64,000 bases of DNA. It comes from a virus. Taxonomy: Duplodnaviria; Caudoviricetes. Below the pieces are notes generated by a model. It saw nothing but the letters and a program-made list of their open reading frames with translations, made no database searches and had not been told where the DNA came from. Positions 1-10,371 of this stretch are shown here, one piece after another. The stretch's first letter is position 1; each line of letters begins with the position of its first letter. A program made the translations under genes and the position numbers. The stretch covers positions 1,749 through 65,748 of IMG/VR virus record IMGVR_UViG_3300045970_000924; one strand, written 5' to 3'.

Positions 1-60
1 GACAAGACGCCTCCCGGCAACCAGGGTGGGGTGATCGTCCTGCCCGAAGAGAAGGACTGA
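1..60 (+). CDS. 3' end of a gene running in from outside the window, probably terminase small subunit (partial)
   Basis: Frame reads DKTPPGNQGGVIVLPEEKD-stop. A hydrophobic VIVLP C-terminal strand and the position upstream of terL fit TerS. Confidence 0.4.
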   Translation, partial: DKTPPGNQGGVIVLPEEKD

Positions 61-268
61 CAGCGCGCGGTGGCCCTGACGCGCGCCAGTAGCTCGCCCA
101 GGGTCACGCTTTCATCGTCGCGGCCTCGGACTGCGCTTTGCGTATACGTCCGCACGGCGAGTGATTGGCCCGACGCCAGCCCCTCCTGGGGCTCATGTAG
201 CAACCCCCGCGCGCCCAGCGCCGGGGCCTCTCACGGGCTCTCTGGGCGCGCCTGCGGGCCGCCGGAGG

Positions 269-736
269 ATGTCCACTAACCAGGCCGACCGGAGCGCACT
301 CGTGATCCCTCCCGTCAAGGTCGCGCTGGCGACGGGTGCGGCAGCGACCACGGCCGGGGCTGCGGTCTCGCAGTTGCTCGGGGCGGCGGTGCCCGACCAG
401 ATCGCGTGGGTGCTCGGCGGGCTGGTGGCGGTGGGCAGCGCGATCGCGGTGGTGCTCACCGGCTACAACAAGTTCACCGAGACGGTGGACCAGCGGGCCC
501 GAGACCGAGCCCGCGAGGTGGTGCAGGAGAACGCGAAGGCAGCAGCCGAGAAGACCGAGGCGAGCATCGCGGCGGCCATCAAGGACCACTCCCACGAGCA
601 GACCGCAGCGCTGCGCGAGCACATCCATGCTGAGGAGCGGAAGTTCGACGCCATCCTCGCGGAGCTGAAGCTCCAGCGGGCGCAGAACGAAAGCATCATC
701 GAGACCGTGAAGTACCTCCGGTCGCAGAAGACGTAA
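269..736 (+). CDS. Membrane protein with two hydrophobic segments and a coiled-coil C-terminus
   Basis: ATG at 269 in the 161..736 frame; hydrophobic stretches such as IAWVLGGLVAVGSAIAVVL; charged helical tail. Confidence 0.6.
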   Translation: MSTNQADRSALVIPPVKVALATGAAATTAGAAVSQLLGAAVPDQIAWVLGGLVAVGSAIAVVLTGYNKFTETVDQRARDRAREVVQENAKAAAEKTEASIAAAIKDHSHEQTAALREHIHAEERKFDAILAELKLQRAQNESIIETVKYLRSQKT

Positions 737-744
737 CACTCTTT

Positions 745-1062
745 GGGGATGACTGGTTTCGACGAGGGCAGTGAGCAGTACGCAGCGCGCCCCGGGTCGC
801 TCGGGACCGGGTCAACAAACCGAGCACCGCACAAAAGCCAACGACAACGTCGTTTCGCTCAAGTCGTACCGCAGCACCCGCATGGTGAAGCCCAGCGGCG
901 TCGTTCGCAGCAACGCGTTCCAGCTCGCGGCAGCCTAGCTGGATGGTGGAGGCGGCTCTGGCCGCCCCGTAGTGCCCAGCCCGCGGGGTTCGCGGGACAC
1001 GCGCGTAGACCCGTACCGCAAGCAGCTTTCGGACGGCGGTTCGAATCCGCCCATCTCCACCA
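745..1062 (+). ncRNA. ssrA: tmRNA (transfer-messenger RNA), complete and phage-encoded
   Basis: 5' GGGGATG pairs with 3' CATCTCC, including the G3:U alanine identity pair, then discriminator A and CCA (1060-1062). T-arm GGCGGTTCGAATCCGCC. Tag frame 837-938 starts ANDN and ends LAAA-stop. Confidence 0.95.
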
Positions 1063-1132
1063 CCTCCCGATTCGTAGAGCACGGCTCCGCACGGCATCCG
1101 CCGTCGGTGAAGCGCAGAGCATTGGAGGAACT

Positions 1133-1465
1133 ATGGGCGACTTTTCCGTCACGTTCGCTTCGCAGGGCGGCCACGGCTGCGAGCGCAAGGCGAAGGCCGG
1201 TGAGCAGTTCTACGGCTGTGGTCGGCTCGACTGCCCGGACTGCTACGCAGCCGAGCTGGTGCAGCAGTTCCACGCGCGCTTCCCGGTCCACTTCGCCACC
1301 TTCACGCACTGGCCCGTCTCGCTGAACGAGAAGATGGGGCGCAACTACCAGCCCGAGTCCGAGGTGGTGGACTCCATCGTCGAGACGGTGAACTACACCG
1401 GCCGGCAGCCGCTGGTGGTCCCGAACCTCCGCAAGCGGATCAAGGGTCGGTTCAATCCCTCATGA
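1133..1465 (+). CDS. Hypothetical protein with a Cys cluster (GCGRLDCPDC)
   Basis: GGAGG RBS before ATG 1133; stop overlaps the terL start (ATGA). Confidence 0.7.
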   Translation: MGDFSVTFASQGGHGCERKAKAGEQFYGCGRLDCPDCYAAELVQQFHARFPVHFATFTHWPVSLNEKMGRNYQPESEVVDSIVETVNYTGRQPLVVPNLRKRIKGRFNPS

Positions 1466-2883
1466 CCGCGGCGCCGGCGGTAGCTGGCGCGGTGAAGCCG
1501 CTGTGGAAGGCGAACAGCCCACCGCAGCGGCGGTTCCTCGAGACCGGCGCCTACGAGGCGCTGTATGGAGGCGCAGCGGGTGGCGGCAAGTCCGACGCGC
1601 TCCTCGCGGCTGCGCTGCGGTTCGTCCACATCCCGACCTACTCGGCGCTGCTCCTGCGCCGGACGTTCCCCGAGCTCCGCCGCACGCTGATCAAGAAGTC
1701 TCGACTGCTCTACCCAGCTGCCTTCCCCGGCGCGAAGTACCGCAAGGACGAGGCCACCTGGACGTTCCCCTCCGGGGCTACGATCGAGTTCGGCCACGCG
1801 CAGACCGAAGAGGACGTGCACCAGTACCAGGGTGCGGAGTTCCAATTCGTCGGCTTCGATGAGCTCACGCACTTCACCGAGTACCAGTACAAGTACCTGC
1901 TCTCCCGTCTGCGCTCCGTGATGGGGCCAGACGGCAAGGGGCTCATCCCCGTGAGGGTGCGGGCTAGCACCAACCCGGGCGGCCCTGGGCACGAGTGGGT
2001 CATGCGCCGCTGGGCGCCGTGGCTCTGGCGAGAGCCGGGCACGCCCGAGATACCGAAGTGGGACGGCCCGCGCGCGCAAAGCGGCGAGCTGCTCCGTTAC
2101 AGGCTTGAGGAGAACGGCACCGAGACCTGGCTCGATCAGCCCGAGGAGGGCGCGTTCGGTCGGGTGTTCATTCGAGCACTGGCGAGCGACAACCCGGCAC
2201 TGCCGAAAGAGTACCGCACCAGCCTCAACGCCCAGGACGCGCTCACCCGCGCGCAGCTCCGGGACGGCGACTGGCTGGCGCGGGCCGCTGCAGGGCTGCT
2301 CTTCAAGCGGGAGTGGTTCTCCGCGCAGCGAGAGCCGCCGGCGGACGTCGTGGCGCGGATCCGATACTGGGACCGCGCCAGCACCGAGCCGCACGAGAAG
2401 AACCGAGACCCGGACTGGACTGTCGGCGTGAAGCTGAGTCGCACCAGCGAAGGTGTCTACTTCGTGGAGGACGTCGTGCGCGTGCGCGCCCGGCCTCTCG
2501 AGGTGGAGCGGCTCATCCTCGCGACCGCGCTGGGCGACGGCGTCAAGTGCGCGGTGGGCATCGAGCAGGACCCCGGCCAGGCCGGCGTTGCCGACGCAGA
2601 GAACTACACGCGGCTGCTCTCCGGCTTCAACGTCCGGACCTTCAGGCCCACGGGCGACAAGGTGACAAGGGCGCAGCCGGTCTCCGCGCAGTGCGAGGCC
2701 AAGAACGTGAAGCTGGTCGCGGGAAGCTGGCACGGAGCGTTCCTCGGGGTGCTCGAGGAGTTCCCCGACGGCGCACACGACGACGATGTCGACGGCCTCA
2801 GCGGCGCATTCAACGCGATCACGCCCACCGTGGCGGGGCAGAAGCTCTCCCGGCGGCTCGCCCACTTCGCAGGGCAATCCTAG
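1462..2883 (+). CDS. terL: Terminase large subunit
   Basis: Walker A GGAAGGGKS, Walker B FVGFDELTHF, motif III STNPGG, nuclease end FPDGAHDDDVD. Confidence 0.95.
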   Translation: MTAAPAVAGAVKPLWKANSPPQRRFLETGAYEALYGGAAGGGKSDALLAAALRFVHIPTYSALLLRRTFPELRRTLIKKSRLLYPAAFPGAKYRKDEATWTFPSGATIEFGHAQTEEDVHQYQGAEFQFVGFDELTHFTEYQYKYLLSRLRSVMGPDGKGLIPVRVRASTNPGGPGHEWVMRRWAPWLWREPGTPEIPKWDGPRAQSGELLRYRLEENGTETWLDQPEEGAFGRVFIRALASDNPALPKEYRTSLNAQDALTRAQLRDGDWLARAAAGLLFKREWFSAQREPPADVVARIRYWDRASTEPHEKNRDPDWTVGVKLSRTSEGVYFVEDVVRVRARPLEVERLILATALGDGVKCAVGIEQDPGQAGVADAENYTRLLSGFNVRTFRPTGDKVTRAQPVSAQCEAKNVKLVAGSWHGAFLGVLEEFPDGAHDDDVDGLSGAFNAITPTVAGQKLSRRLAHFAGQS

Positions 2884-2892
2884 GAGCAGCTC

Positions 2893-4509
2893 ATGGCCAG
2901 CAGCCCCAAGCCTGCTGGCGCCGGCGAGAAGCTCAAGCTCCGTCTCGACTCGTTCGCCAACAGCCTCACCGGCCTCGGGCTCGCCCGGGACAAGCGCCAG
3001 GGCGGCTACGCTCGCGTCGTCACGGTCGACTACCAGGAGGCGACGGATCTCTACCGCGGCAACGACATGGCCGCGCGCATCGTCGATGCCCTCCCCGAGA
3101 ACTGTCTGCGCGAGGGGTTCGGTGTCTCCATCGAGGGCGACGACGGCCACCAGTTCGCCGAGGCGGTGCAGGCCGCGCTCGAGACGCTGAACGCCGAAGA
3201 GGCGCTCCTGCAGGCCCACAAGTGGAGCCGCGCCTACGGCGGTGCCGGAGTCTTCATCGGCGCCAACGACGGCCAGACGGCCGACCTTCCGCTGGACCTG
3301 AAGCGGGTCAAGAGCGTCGACTTCCTCCTGCCATTCGACACGCTCGAGTTGGTGCCCAACACGTTCTACTGGGACCCGAACCTCGGCGCGAAGTACGGCC
3401 AGCCGGAGACCTACCGCCTCAACCGCTTTGGCTCGATCGGCCTGATGCCCTCGGGTGTCGGCACCCCGCAGATGGGGGCAGGCGCTCTCTCGGCGGTCTC
3501 GGGCAACCCGGCCATCTTGGGCGGCCTGCCGACGATCGCGGCCAGCACCAACTGGCAGTGGCTCCCGGTGGTGCACGAGAGCCGGATCATCCGGTTCGAG
3601 GGCAACTTCACCAACCGCCTCAGCCTGCGCCAGAACCGCTACTGGCCGGACTCGGTGTTCGTTCGCTGCGGCGAGGTGCTGCGAGACTTCGGCCTCTCGT
3701 GGAGCTCGGCCGCGCTGCTCATCCAGGACTTCGTGCAGCAGGTCTACAAGCTGCCTGGGTTCGCGGACATGCTCGCGCAGCAGGGTCCGACGGCGTACGT
3801 CACCGCGGCGTCGATGATCGAGCAGGGCAGGAGCCTGATCCACGCGCTGGTCCTCGACAAGGACGACGAGCTGATCCGGACGCCGCAGCCAGTCACGGGA
3901 CTTCCGGACCTGCTGATCCAGATGGCCAAGCGGCTCGCCGCGGCGGCCGATATGCCGGTGTCGCTCCTCTTCGGCGAGGCTCCGGCGGGCCTCAACGCGA
4001 CTGGAGACACGGACGCGAAGTGGTGGGCGGACAAGTGCCGCGCGGCGCAGCGCAAGAAGCTGAAGCCTGCGATCCGGCGCATCTGCGAGGTGCTCTTCGC
4101 AGCCGCGGAAGGACCCACCAAGGGCAAGCCCATCGGGGGCGACAACTGGGCAGTGACCTTCCCCTCCCTGCTCCAGCTTGACGAGCAGCAGGAGGCGGAC
4201 CTTCGCCAGAAGGTGGCCGCGTCCGACGAGATCTACCTCCGCAACGGGGTGGTCACGCCGGAGGAGGTGGCGATCACCCGGTTCGGCGGCGCCGAGTTCG
4301 ATAGCGGCAAGATCAACCTGGTCGAGACGGACCCGGCCAAGCGCGCGGGGATGGCTGCCGAGGCCGCGGCTGAAGCGGCTGCAGCGGCTGGGGGCGGGAC
4401 CGGCGGAGACGAGCCGGACGGCGATGAAGAGCCGGACGGCGATGAAGAGCCGGACGAGGACGCTGAAGACGAGCCCGACGACGAGGAGGCCGACAAGCCC
4501 GGGAGCTGA
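2893..4509 (+). CDS. Portal protein (DUF1073-type) with acidic C-terminal tail
   Basis: Follows terL; motifs RAYGGA, HESRIIRF, AAAADMPVSLLFGEAPAGLNATGDTD; EPDGDE repeats at the end. Confidence 0.9.
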   Translation: MASSPKPAGAGEKLKLRLDSFANSLTGLGLARDKRQGGYARVVTVDYQEATDLYRGNDMAARIVDALPENCLREGFGVSIEGDDGHQFAEAVQAALETLNAEEALLQAHKWSRAYGGAGVFIGANDGQTADLPLDLKRVKSVDFLLPFDTLELVPNTFYWDPNLGAKYGQPETYRLNRFGSIGLMPSGVGTPQMGAGALSAVSGNPAILGGLPTIAASTNWQWLPVVHESRIIRFEGNFTNRLSLRQNRYWPDSVFVRCGEVLRDFGLSWSSAALLIQDFVQQVYKLPGFADMLAQQGPTAYVTAASMIEQGRSLIHALVLDKDDELIRTPQPVTGLPDLLIQMAKRLAAAADMPVSLLFGEAPAGLNATGDTDAKWWADKCRAAQRKKLKPAIRRICEVLFAAAEGPTKGKPIGGDNWAVTFPSLLQLDEQQEADLRQKVAASDEIYLRNGVVTPEEVAITRFGGAEFDSGKINLVETDPAKRAGMAAEAAAEAAAAAGGGTGGDEPDGDEEPDGDEEPDEDAEDEPDDEEADKPGS

Positions 4510-4511
4510 CC

Positions 4512-6380
4512 GTGACGACCACGCTCGAGCGAGTGAAGGCGCGGCGCCGGCAGATGGCGCGTCGGCGTCGGCTCCCTGAGCAGCGTCACCCGAACCACGT
4601 CGCGCTCGCCTACTCGCAGACCCTCAAGGGGATGCTGGCGCGGGCCCGCGCGCTGATCGAGGAGCACCTCGGCGCGCAGCTGCCCGAGCTGCTCAAGCAG
4701 GCCGCGGCGGTGCACCCCGAGGCGCACGGCCGTCAGGACGACGACTACGCGACGGGCGTCTCTCGCGCGGTGGCCGAGGCGGCGCGCCGACTCTTCGCGG
4801 AGTTCAGCAACGAGCGGATGCGGGCGACCGCGGCGACAATGGGCGCCCGCGCGGCGGAGTTCCAGAAGGCGGAGCTCCAGCGCAACCTCGGCATCGACCT
4901 CGTGGGCTCCGAGCCGTGGCTGGCGCCCAAGATCGAGGCCTTCGCCGGGCAGAACGCGTCGCTCATCAAGTCGATCCCGACCCGCTACTTCAGCGAGATC
5001 GAGGCGTCGACCATCGAGGCCTTCCGGAGCGGCACCCGCGCCGAAGACCTCGCGGACGACTTGCAGGACCGCTACGGCGTCTCGGAGAGCCGCGCGGAGC
5101 TGATCGCCCGAGACCAGATCGGGAAGCTGAACGCCCAGGTGAACGAGACCCGCCAGCGAGAGCTCGGCGTGGAGCACTTCACCTGGCGGACCAGCAAGGA
5201 CGAGCGGACGTGTCCGGTGTGCGCGCCGCTGGACGGCAAGGTGTTCTCCTGGGACAAGCCGCCTGCGAAGGGGCCGCCCGGCGAGATTCACCCCCGCTGC
5301 CGTTGCACCGGCGAGCCGATGGTCGACGAGGTGATCGACAAGCTCCTCGCCAAGCCCGGGGCGCCGCCCAAGCCGCAGGTGAAGCGCTCGCCGGCGGCAG
5401 TGCCCCGGCCGCCCAAGCCTCCGCCAGCACCAAAGCTGCCCCCGCGGCCAGAGCACACGGAGACGCATTGGGAGACGCACTACCAGGGCAACGGCTACGG
5501 CGAGGAGGCAGCGGTAAGCCTCGCAGCAGCCCGGGCCGCGCACGAGAAGTCACTGGACCTGTCGGCGTTCGCGGTACAGCGCGAGGTCACCAAGATCCTG
5601 CCGCCCAGTATGGCGAACCGCTACCGCTCCTGGCTCTCGACGCTGGGGCTCGAGTTCCGCAAGAAGGCGACGCTGCGCGAGGTGATCGCGGAAGCGAAGA
5701 ACGCGCTCATCAAGCACGAGCTGGAGACCATCGCCGCTGTGCACGGGCACGCCAAGGCGCTCAAGGGCAAGACGACGGCGCCGGACCTGAAAGAGGCCAA
5801 GCGGTACGGCATGGGGCCGACCGAGGAAGCTCGAGCGGACCGGATCATCAAGGAGACCAAGGAGGCGCTCGCTCCGCTCCTGTCATCGGTGGCAGCACCA
5901 GGGGAAGTCCACTTGGCTTTCCGTCCCGGCCGGGCGTACTACTCGCTGGCCAGTCGAGAAGTGGTGATGGAAGGCTCAGCGCACGACCTGTTTGAGGGGA
6001 CGCTGGCTCACGAGGTGGGCCACGCGATCGAGCACGCAAGCCCGGCCCGAGCGAAGGCCGCGGCAGAGTTCCTGCTGAGGCGTACCAACGGCGGGGCGTC
6101 TCTCAAGAAGCTGAAGGACCTCGACCCAAGCAAGCCGTACGATCCGCACGAGGAGGCCCTCGAGGACGGGTTCCATGCGCCCTACGTCGGCAAGCTCTAC
6201 CTGACGGGCGCAGGGCAACTGGCGCAGATGAACAGGGCCAAGATCGACCCGGCACACATCATGGCCACCGAGGTCACCAGCATGGGCATGCAGTGGTTGC
6301 TGAGCCCGCGGGCTTCCGAGTTCATGAAGAAGGACCCCGAGCACTTCTTCTTCACGCTGGGCCAGTTGGGCTTGCGCTAG
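4512..6380 (+). CDS. MuF/SPP1 gp7-like head morphogenesis protein with a C-terminal HExxH metallopeptidase-like extension
   Basis: RAELIARDQIGKLN, WRTSKDERTCPVC and PGEIHPRCRC MuF motifs; Pro-rich linker; TLAHEVGHAIEH and a downstream EVTSMG. Confidence 0.85.
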   Translation: MTTTLERVKARRRQMARRRRLPEQRHPNHVALAYSQTLKGMLARARALIEEHLGAQLPELLKQAAAVHPEAHGRQDDDYATGVSRAVAEAARRLFAEFSNERMRATAATMGARAAEFQKAELQRNLGIDLVGSEPWLAPKIEAFAGQNASLIKSIPTRYFSEIEASTIEAFRSGTRAEDLADDLQDRYGVSESRAELIARDQIGKLNAQVNETRQRELGVEHFTWRTSKDERTCPVCAPLDGKVFSWDKPPAKGPPGEIHPRCRCTGEPMVDEVIDKLLAKPGAPPKPQVKRSPAAVPRPPKPPPAPKLPPRPEHTETHWETHYQGNGYGEEAAVSLAAARAAHEKSLDLSAFAVQREVTKILPPSMANRYRSWLSTLGLEFRKKATLREVIAEAKNALIKHELETIAAVHGHAKALKGKTTAPDLKEAKRYGMGPTEEARADRIIKETKEALAPLLSSVAAPGEVHLAFRPGRAYYSLASREVVMEGSAHDLFEGTLAHEVGHAIEHASPARAKAAAEFLLRRTNGGASLKKLKDLDPSKPYDPHEEALEDGFHAPYVGKLYLTGAGQLAQMNRAKIDPAHIMATEVTSMGMQWLLSPRASEFMKKDPEHFFFTLGQLGLR

Positions 6381-6424
6381 CCTCCCCGTTTCGGGGGCGC
6401 TAGGGTGTGCGGTCGAGGTGGTCG

Positions 6425-6760
6425 ATGGCGACGTGGAGCTTCAGCGACGGGACGGTCCTCCTCTCCGGCGGAGAGGTGGTGGGCGGTTCGGAGCTTGCCG
6501 ACTCGCTCCGCCACGCCATCGCCTACGCTAAGAGCGGCGAAGGGTGGCCAGTCTCGGTGGCTCTGCCTCCGGGTGGCTCCTGGCCGCTGGACGTCCACAG
6601 CGACTTCACGCTGAACGCGCTGGCGCAGGAAGAGGCGTGGCGCCCCGTACGACACCTCGCTGAGCCGAAGGTGATCACGGACTACGCCGAGGGCGACGAC
6701 GTCCCGGCCGAGGTCCACACGATGCGGGCTCGCGAGTCAGTCGCCGGCCGCATCTACTAG
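6425..6760 (+). CDS. Small hypothetical protein, candidate immunity partner of the MuF extension
   Basis: GAGGTGG RBS; lies directly downstream of the extended MuF. Confidence 0.55.
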   Translation: MATWSFSDGTVLLSGGEVVGGSELADSLRHAIAYAKSGEGWPVSVALPPGGSWPLDVHSDFTLNALAQEEAWRPVRHLAEPKVITDYAEGDDVPAEVHTMRARESVAGRIY

Positions 6761-7045
6761 CCTCAAAGCCTCACCCCACCAGCCACTCACCAGCACCGCG
6801 CCACCCGGCGCGGCGAGGTGCCGTCATGCCTGCTGCCCAGACCTCTCGCATCGCGGGGCCGTGGGTGCGCGTCGTCTCTGGCGCGCTGCGCGGCCTCCGC
6901 TTCCGTGAGGTCGATGGCCTACCCGTCTTCGCCCGCAACGACGGAGAGAAGCTCGTCGTCGATGCCCTGCTGACGCAGCGGGGCCTGCTGCTCGTCAACG
7001 TGCCCGGAGCCCCCGAGTACCTCACCAGCAGCACCAGGGAGCCCG

Positions 7046-8287
7046 ATGGCCCGCCGATTCGATGAAGGCCGCCTGGACGCTCCAGTGCGGACCCCGCAGG
7101 GCTTCCTGCGCGTCCCCGCCTCGATCGCCCGCATCGGCGTCCAGATGTACTCCCAGGACGACGGCACGGTCCGCCGCGAGTACCGACCGCCCGACGAGGT
7201 CTTCAAGGCCGACGCGCTCGCCTCGTTCGCACTGGCGCCCATCACGCTCACCCATCCGCCCGAGGCTGTCACCGCCGCCAATGTCGCCGAGTACGGCGTC
7301 GGGACGATGGGCGAGACGCTGGCCGCCAGCGGCGACCTCGTGTGCGGGACCGCGCTCATCACGCACGCGGACGCGATCGAGGCGGTGGAGCGGGGGCAGC
7401 GCGAGCTCTCCTGCGGCTACGAGTGCGACCTGGACTTCACCGCTGGGACCGCTCCCGACGGCCAGAAGTACGACGCGATCCAGCGGAACATCCGCGGCAA
7501 CCACGTCGCGATCGTCCGCACCGGACGGGCTGGACCTGCTGTCCGGCTCCGGCTCGACGCCAACGACAACGCAGTCCCGGGCGACGACGCCCCATCCCAC
7601 CAGCAGCAGCAGGAGAAGTCCATGGCCATCAAGATCAAGATCGACGGCGTCGAGGTCGAGGTTCCCGAGGTCGCCGCGCAGCTCATCAAGAAGCACGACG
7701 ACGACAAGGACGAGGAGATCGCCAAGCTCAAGGCCCGCATCTCGGAGCTCGAGGGCGCGAAGAAGGACCTCGAGGAGCTGACGGCCAAGGAGAAGGAGGA
7801 GGCGAAGAAGGACGCCGCCGAGTCCAAGGCCACCGCGCAGAAGGAGGCCGCCCGCGCCGACACCGAGAAGGCGCGCGCCGACGCCGCGGAGAAGGCCCGC
7901 GCGGATGCCGCTGCTCCCGAGGCGCTGGCCAAGGTCGTGGCCGCCCGCGTGAAGCTGGAGAAGGCCTGCGCGCTGCTCGCCCCCGCGGTCAAGGCGGACG
8001 GCCTCGACGACATGGCGCTCCGCACCGCCGCGCTGAAGGCGGCCGGCGTGGACGTCACCGGCAAGGCCCCCGCGTACATCGAGGCCCGGTTCGACGGCGC
8101 GCTCGAGCAGCTCGGCAAGACCAACCCCGCCGCGGCCGTGCTCGCGGCCGGCCCGACCGCCCCGCCCACCGCCGAGGAGAAGAAGAAGCAGGACGAGGCG
8201 GCGGCCAACGGCGGCGACGCGCGCGCCACCTTCATGGCGTCGCAGGCGGCGCGCTCGAAGAGCGTGTTCGAGAACATCGGCAAGTAG
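7046..8287 (+). CDS. Prohead protease/scaffold (DUF2213-type)
   Basis: [29 protein letters not shown] motifs, followed by an Ala/Lys/Glu-rich coiled coil. Confidence 0.9.
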   Translation: MARRFDEGRLDAPVRTPQGFLRVPASIARIGVQMYSQDDGTVRREYRPPDEVFKADALASFALAPITLTHPPEAVTAANVAEYGVGTMGETLAASGDLVCGTALITHADAIEAVERGQRELSCGYECDLDFTAGTAPDGQKYDAIQRNIRGNHVAIVRTGRAGPAVRLRLDANDNAVPGDDAPSHQQQQEKSMAIKIKIDGVEVEVPEVAAQLIKKHDDDKDEEIAKLKARISELEGAKKDLEELTAKEKEEAKKDAAESKATAQKEAARADTEKARADAAEKARADAAAPEALAKVVAARVKLEKACALLAPAVKADGLDDMALRTAALKAAGVDVTGKAPAYIEARFDGALEQLGKTNPAAAVLAAGPTAPPTAEEKKKQDEAAANGGDARATFMASQAARSKSVFENIGK

Positions 8288-8395
8288 TCGCAGCAGCAGG
8301 CGCTGACCCCGGCCGCTGCTCGGCGGCTCCCACACCACCCACTCACATCACCCAAACGCCTCGGCTCCGGTCGAGGCAGCAGGAGGCTATTCCCC

Positions 8396-9283
8396 ATGGC
8401 CCAGACCAGCTACAGCGGCTCGCCCTCGCCGGGCATCCCCGGCCAGCTCGCCGACACGGCGCCCAAGCGCGTCGTCACCCGCAACAACGAGAACGTCTCC
8501 GGCATCTCCGCCGGCATCTTCGTCAAGCACGGCACCGCCGTGAACGGCGCGGACCTCCTCTCCCTCGTCACCGACGCCATCGACGGCATCGCCATCAAGA
8601 GCGACGCCAAGCCGGTGGACGGCCTCACCGGCACGCAGTCGGTGCCCGCGGGCTTCGACTTCGACTGCCTCGAGCAGGGCGCGGCCTGGATGCGCTCGGA
8701 GACCGGCTCCCAGCCGACGGTGGGCGACGAGGTGTTCGTGCGGTTCGTCGCCAACGGCGTGGGCAAGCTGGTGGTCGGCGCGGTCCGCAAGGACGTCGAC
8801 AGCGGCACCGCTCGCCGGGTGAAGGGCGCCCGCGCGCTCGCCATCGGCACCGCCCCGGACGGCTCGAAGATGAGCCTCGTCTTCTTCGACAAGACCGTCG
8901 AGGCCGCGGCGGCCGATCCGGTGTTCCTCGCGTTCTCCAACGCGTCGATCTCGGCCACCGCCACCCAGAAGCTGCTCAACGTCCCGGCCGACAAGTTCTT
9001 CGTCGTGGACGAGGTGCAGTACGACAACATCACCGGCCTGGCCGCGGACGGCACCAACTACTTCACGCTCTCGATCGACGCGGGCGCGCAGTCGACGGCG
9101 AAGTGGTCGACGCTCACCGGGCAGCAGGGCGCCCTCGCGGCCGACACGGTGGTGTCGTTCACCAACGACACCCAGGCCAACCGCGTGGCGGCCCCGGGCA
9201 CGCAGCTGAAGTACAGCGCCACCAAGACCGGCACCCAGACCCTCCCGGTCGGCTCCGGCACCATCCGCGGGCGCTTCATCTAG
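8396..9283 (+). CDS. Capsid cement/decoration protein with an extra C-terminal domain
   Basis: GGAGG RBS; MAQTSY...GIPGQLAD start; position between scaffold and capsid. Confidence 0.7.
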   Translation: MAQTSYSGSPSPGIPGQLADTAPKRVVTRNNENVSGISAGIFVKHGTAVNGADLLSLVTDAIDGIAIKSDAKPVDGLTGTQSVPAGFDFDCLEQGAAWMRSETGSQPTVGDEVFVRFVANGVGKLVVGAVRKDVDSGTARRVKGARALAIGTAPDGSKMSLVFFDKTVEAAAADPVFLAFSNASISATATQKLLNVPADKFFVVDEVQYDNITGLAADGTNYFTLSIDAGAQSTAKWSTLTGQQGALAADTVVSFTNDTQANRVAAPGTQLKYSATKTGTQTLPVGSGTIRGRFI

Positions 9284-9417
9284 CGCTCGCTCGCAGTCCC
9301 GCAGTCGGCTTCACGGCTCGGCGCTGCCCCTCGCGGGGCGCGCCCGGGCCTCCCTCACAACCCACTCACCTACCAAGCCACTGCGCGGGCCTCCCGCGCG
9401 CCCTGGAGGCCTTCCCC

Positions 9418-10371
9418 ATGTCTCTCCGCACCTTCCGCTATGACCAGCTCGACGCTGGCGAGAACGAGTTCTTCGCCCGCCAGCTCGAGGCCTTCCTCCC
9501 CGAGCTCTACAACACCAAGTACCCCGAGCTGATGGCTCGGCAGCTGCTCCCGATCTCCTACGCGGCCGGCCCGGGCGCGAAGAAGATCACCTACCGCGCG
9601 TACACCCTCACGGGCCTCGCGCAGGCGATCAGCAACTACGGCAGCGACGCGCCGCGCGCCGACGCCTTCGGCCAGGAGTTCTCCAGCAACGTGCGCGACT
9701 ACGGCCTCGCGTGGGGCTGGAACATCTCGGAGGTGCAGGCGAGCGCCCGCGCCGAGCGCAGCGGCATCGGCCCGGTCATGCCCCTCGACACCGCCCGGGC
9801 GATGGCCACCCGCCGCGGCCAGGAGGTCACCCTTGACAACGTGGCCTTCTCCGGTGACTCGCAGTACGGGATGATCGGCCTGAACAACATCCCGGGCGCG
9901 AACTCCTACTCGGTGCCGAACGGCGCCAGCGGGTCGGCGCTCTGGGCGAACAAGTCCCCCGACGAGATGCTGGCCGACCTCTTCGCGATGGAGAGCACCC
10001 CCCTCTCCAACACCAACGAGGTGGAGAGCGCCACCGTCCTCCTGCTGCCCCCGGCGAAGTACCGCGCGGCGCAGTTCACCCGCGTGTCCATCGCCTCGGA
10101 CACCACCGTCCTCGACTTCTTCCTGAAGACGGCGAAGACCATCAAGAAGGTCGCCCCCTGGTGGAAGCTCACCGGCGCCGGCGCGGGCTCCCTCGACCGC
10201 ATGATCTCCTACCGGCCCGACCTCCAGACCATCCGCCTGGAGATCCCGCAGGAGATGCTCACCCTCCCGCCCGAGGCGCGGAACTTCGAGTTCATCATCA
10301 ACACGGTGATGAGCGTCGGCGGCGTCATCTGTCCTTTTCCGCTCAGCGTCACGTACGGCGACGGGATCTAG
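9418..10371 (+). CDS. Major capsid protein (DUF2184-type)
   Basis: GGAGG RBS before ATG 9418; FFARQLE, AFSGDSQYGMIGLNN, C-terminal GGVICPFPLSVTYGDGI. Confidence 0.9.
   Translation: MSLRTFRYDQLDAGENEFFARQLEAFLPELYNTKYPELMARQLLPISYAAGPGAKKITYRAYTLTGLAQAISNYGSDAPRADAFGQEFSSNVRDYGLAWGWNISEVQASARAERSGIGPVMPLDTARAMATRRGQEVTLDNVAFSGDSQYGMIGLNNIPGANSYSVPNGASGSALWANKSPDEMLADLFAMESTPLSNTNEVESATVLLLPPAKYRAAQFTRVSIASDTTVLDFFLKTAKTIKKVAPWWKLTGAGAGSLDRMISYRPDLQTIRLEIPQEMLTLPPEARNFEFIINTVMSVGGVICPFPLSVTYGDGI

Noticed and set aside
745-1062. tmRNA as an integration-site remnant
   Set aside because: It is full length, about 35 kb from int, and a separate tRNA-type attP sits beside the integrase.
2893-4509. 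Anti-CBASS Acb1 function for the DUF1073 protein
   Set aside because: Position and motifs indicate a portal; no 2H-phosphoesterase HxT/S pair is evident in its acidic tail.
7342-9417. 1009-aa capsid ORF and other long shadow ORFs (e.g. 1393..3843 minus, 2313..4181 plus)
   Set aside because: Arg/Gly-rich off-frame products of high GC that overlap well-supported genes; the capsid has its own RBS and ATG at 9418.
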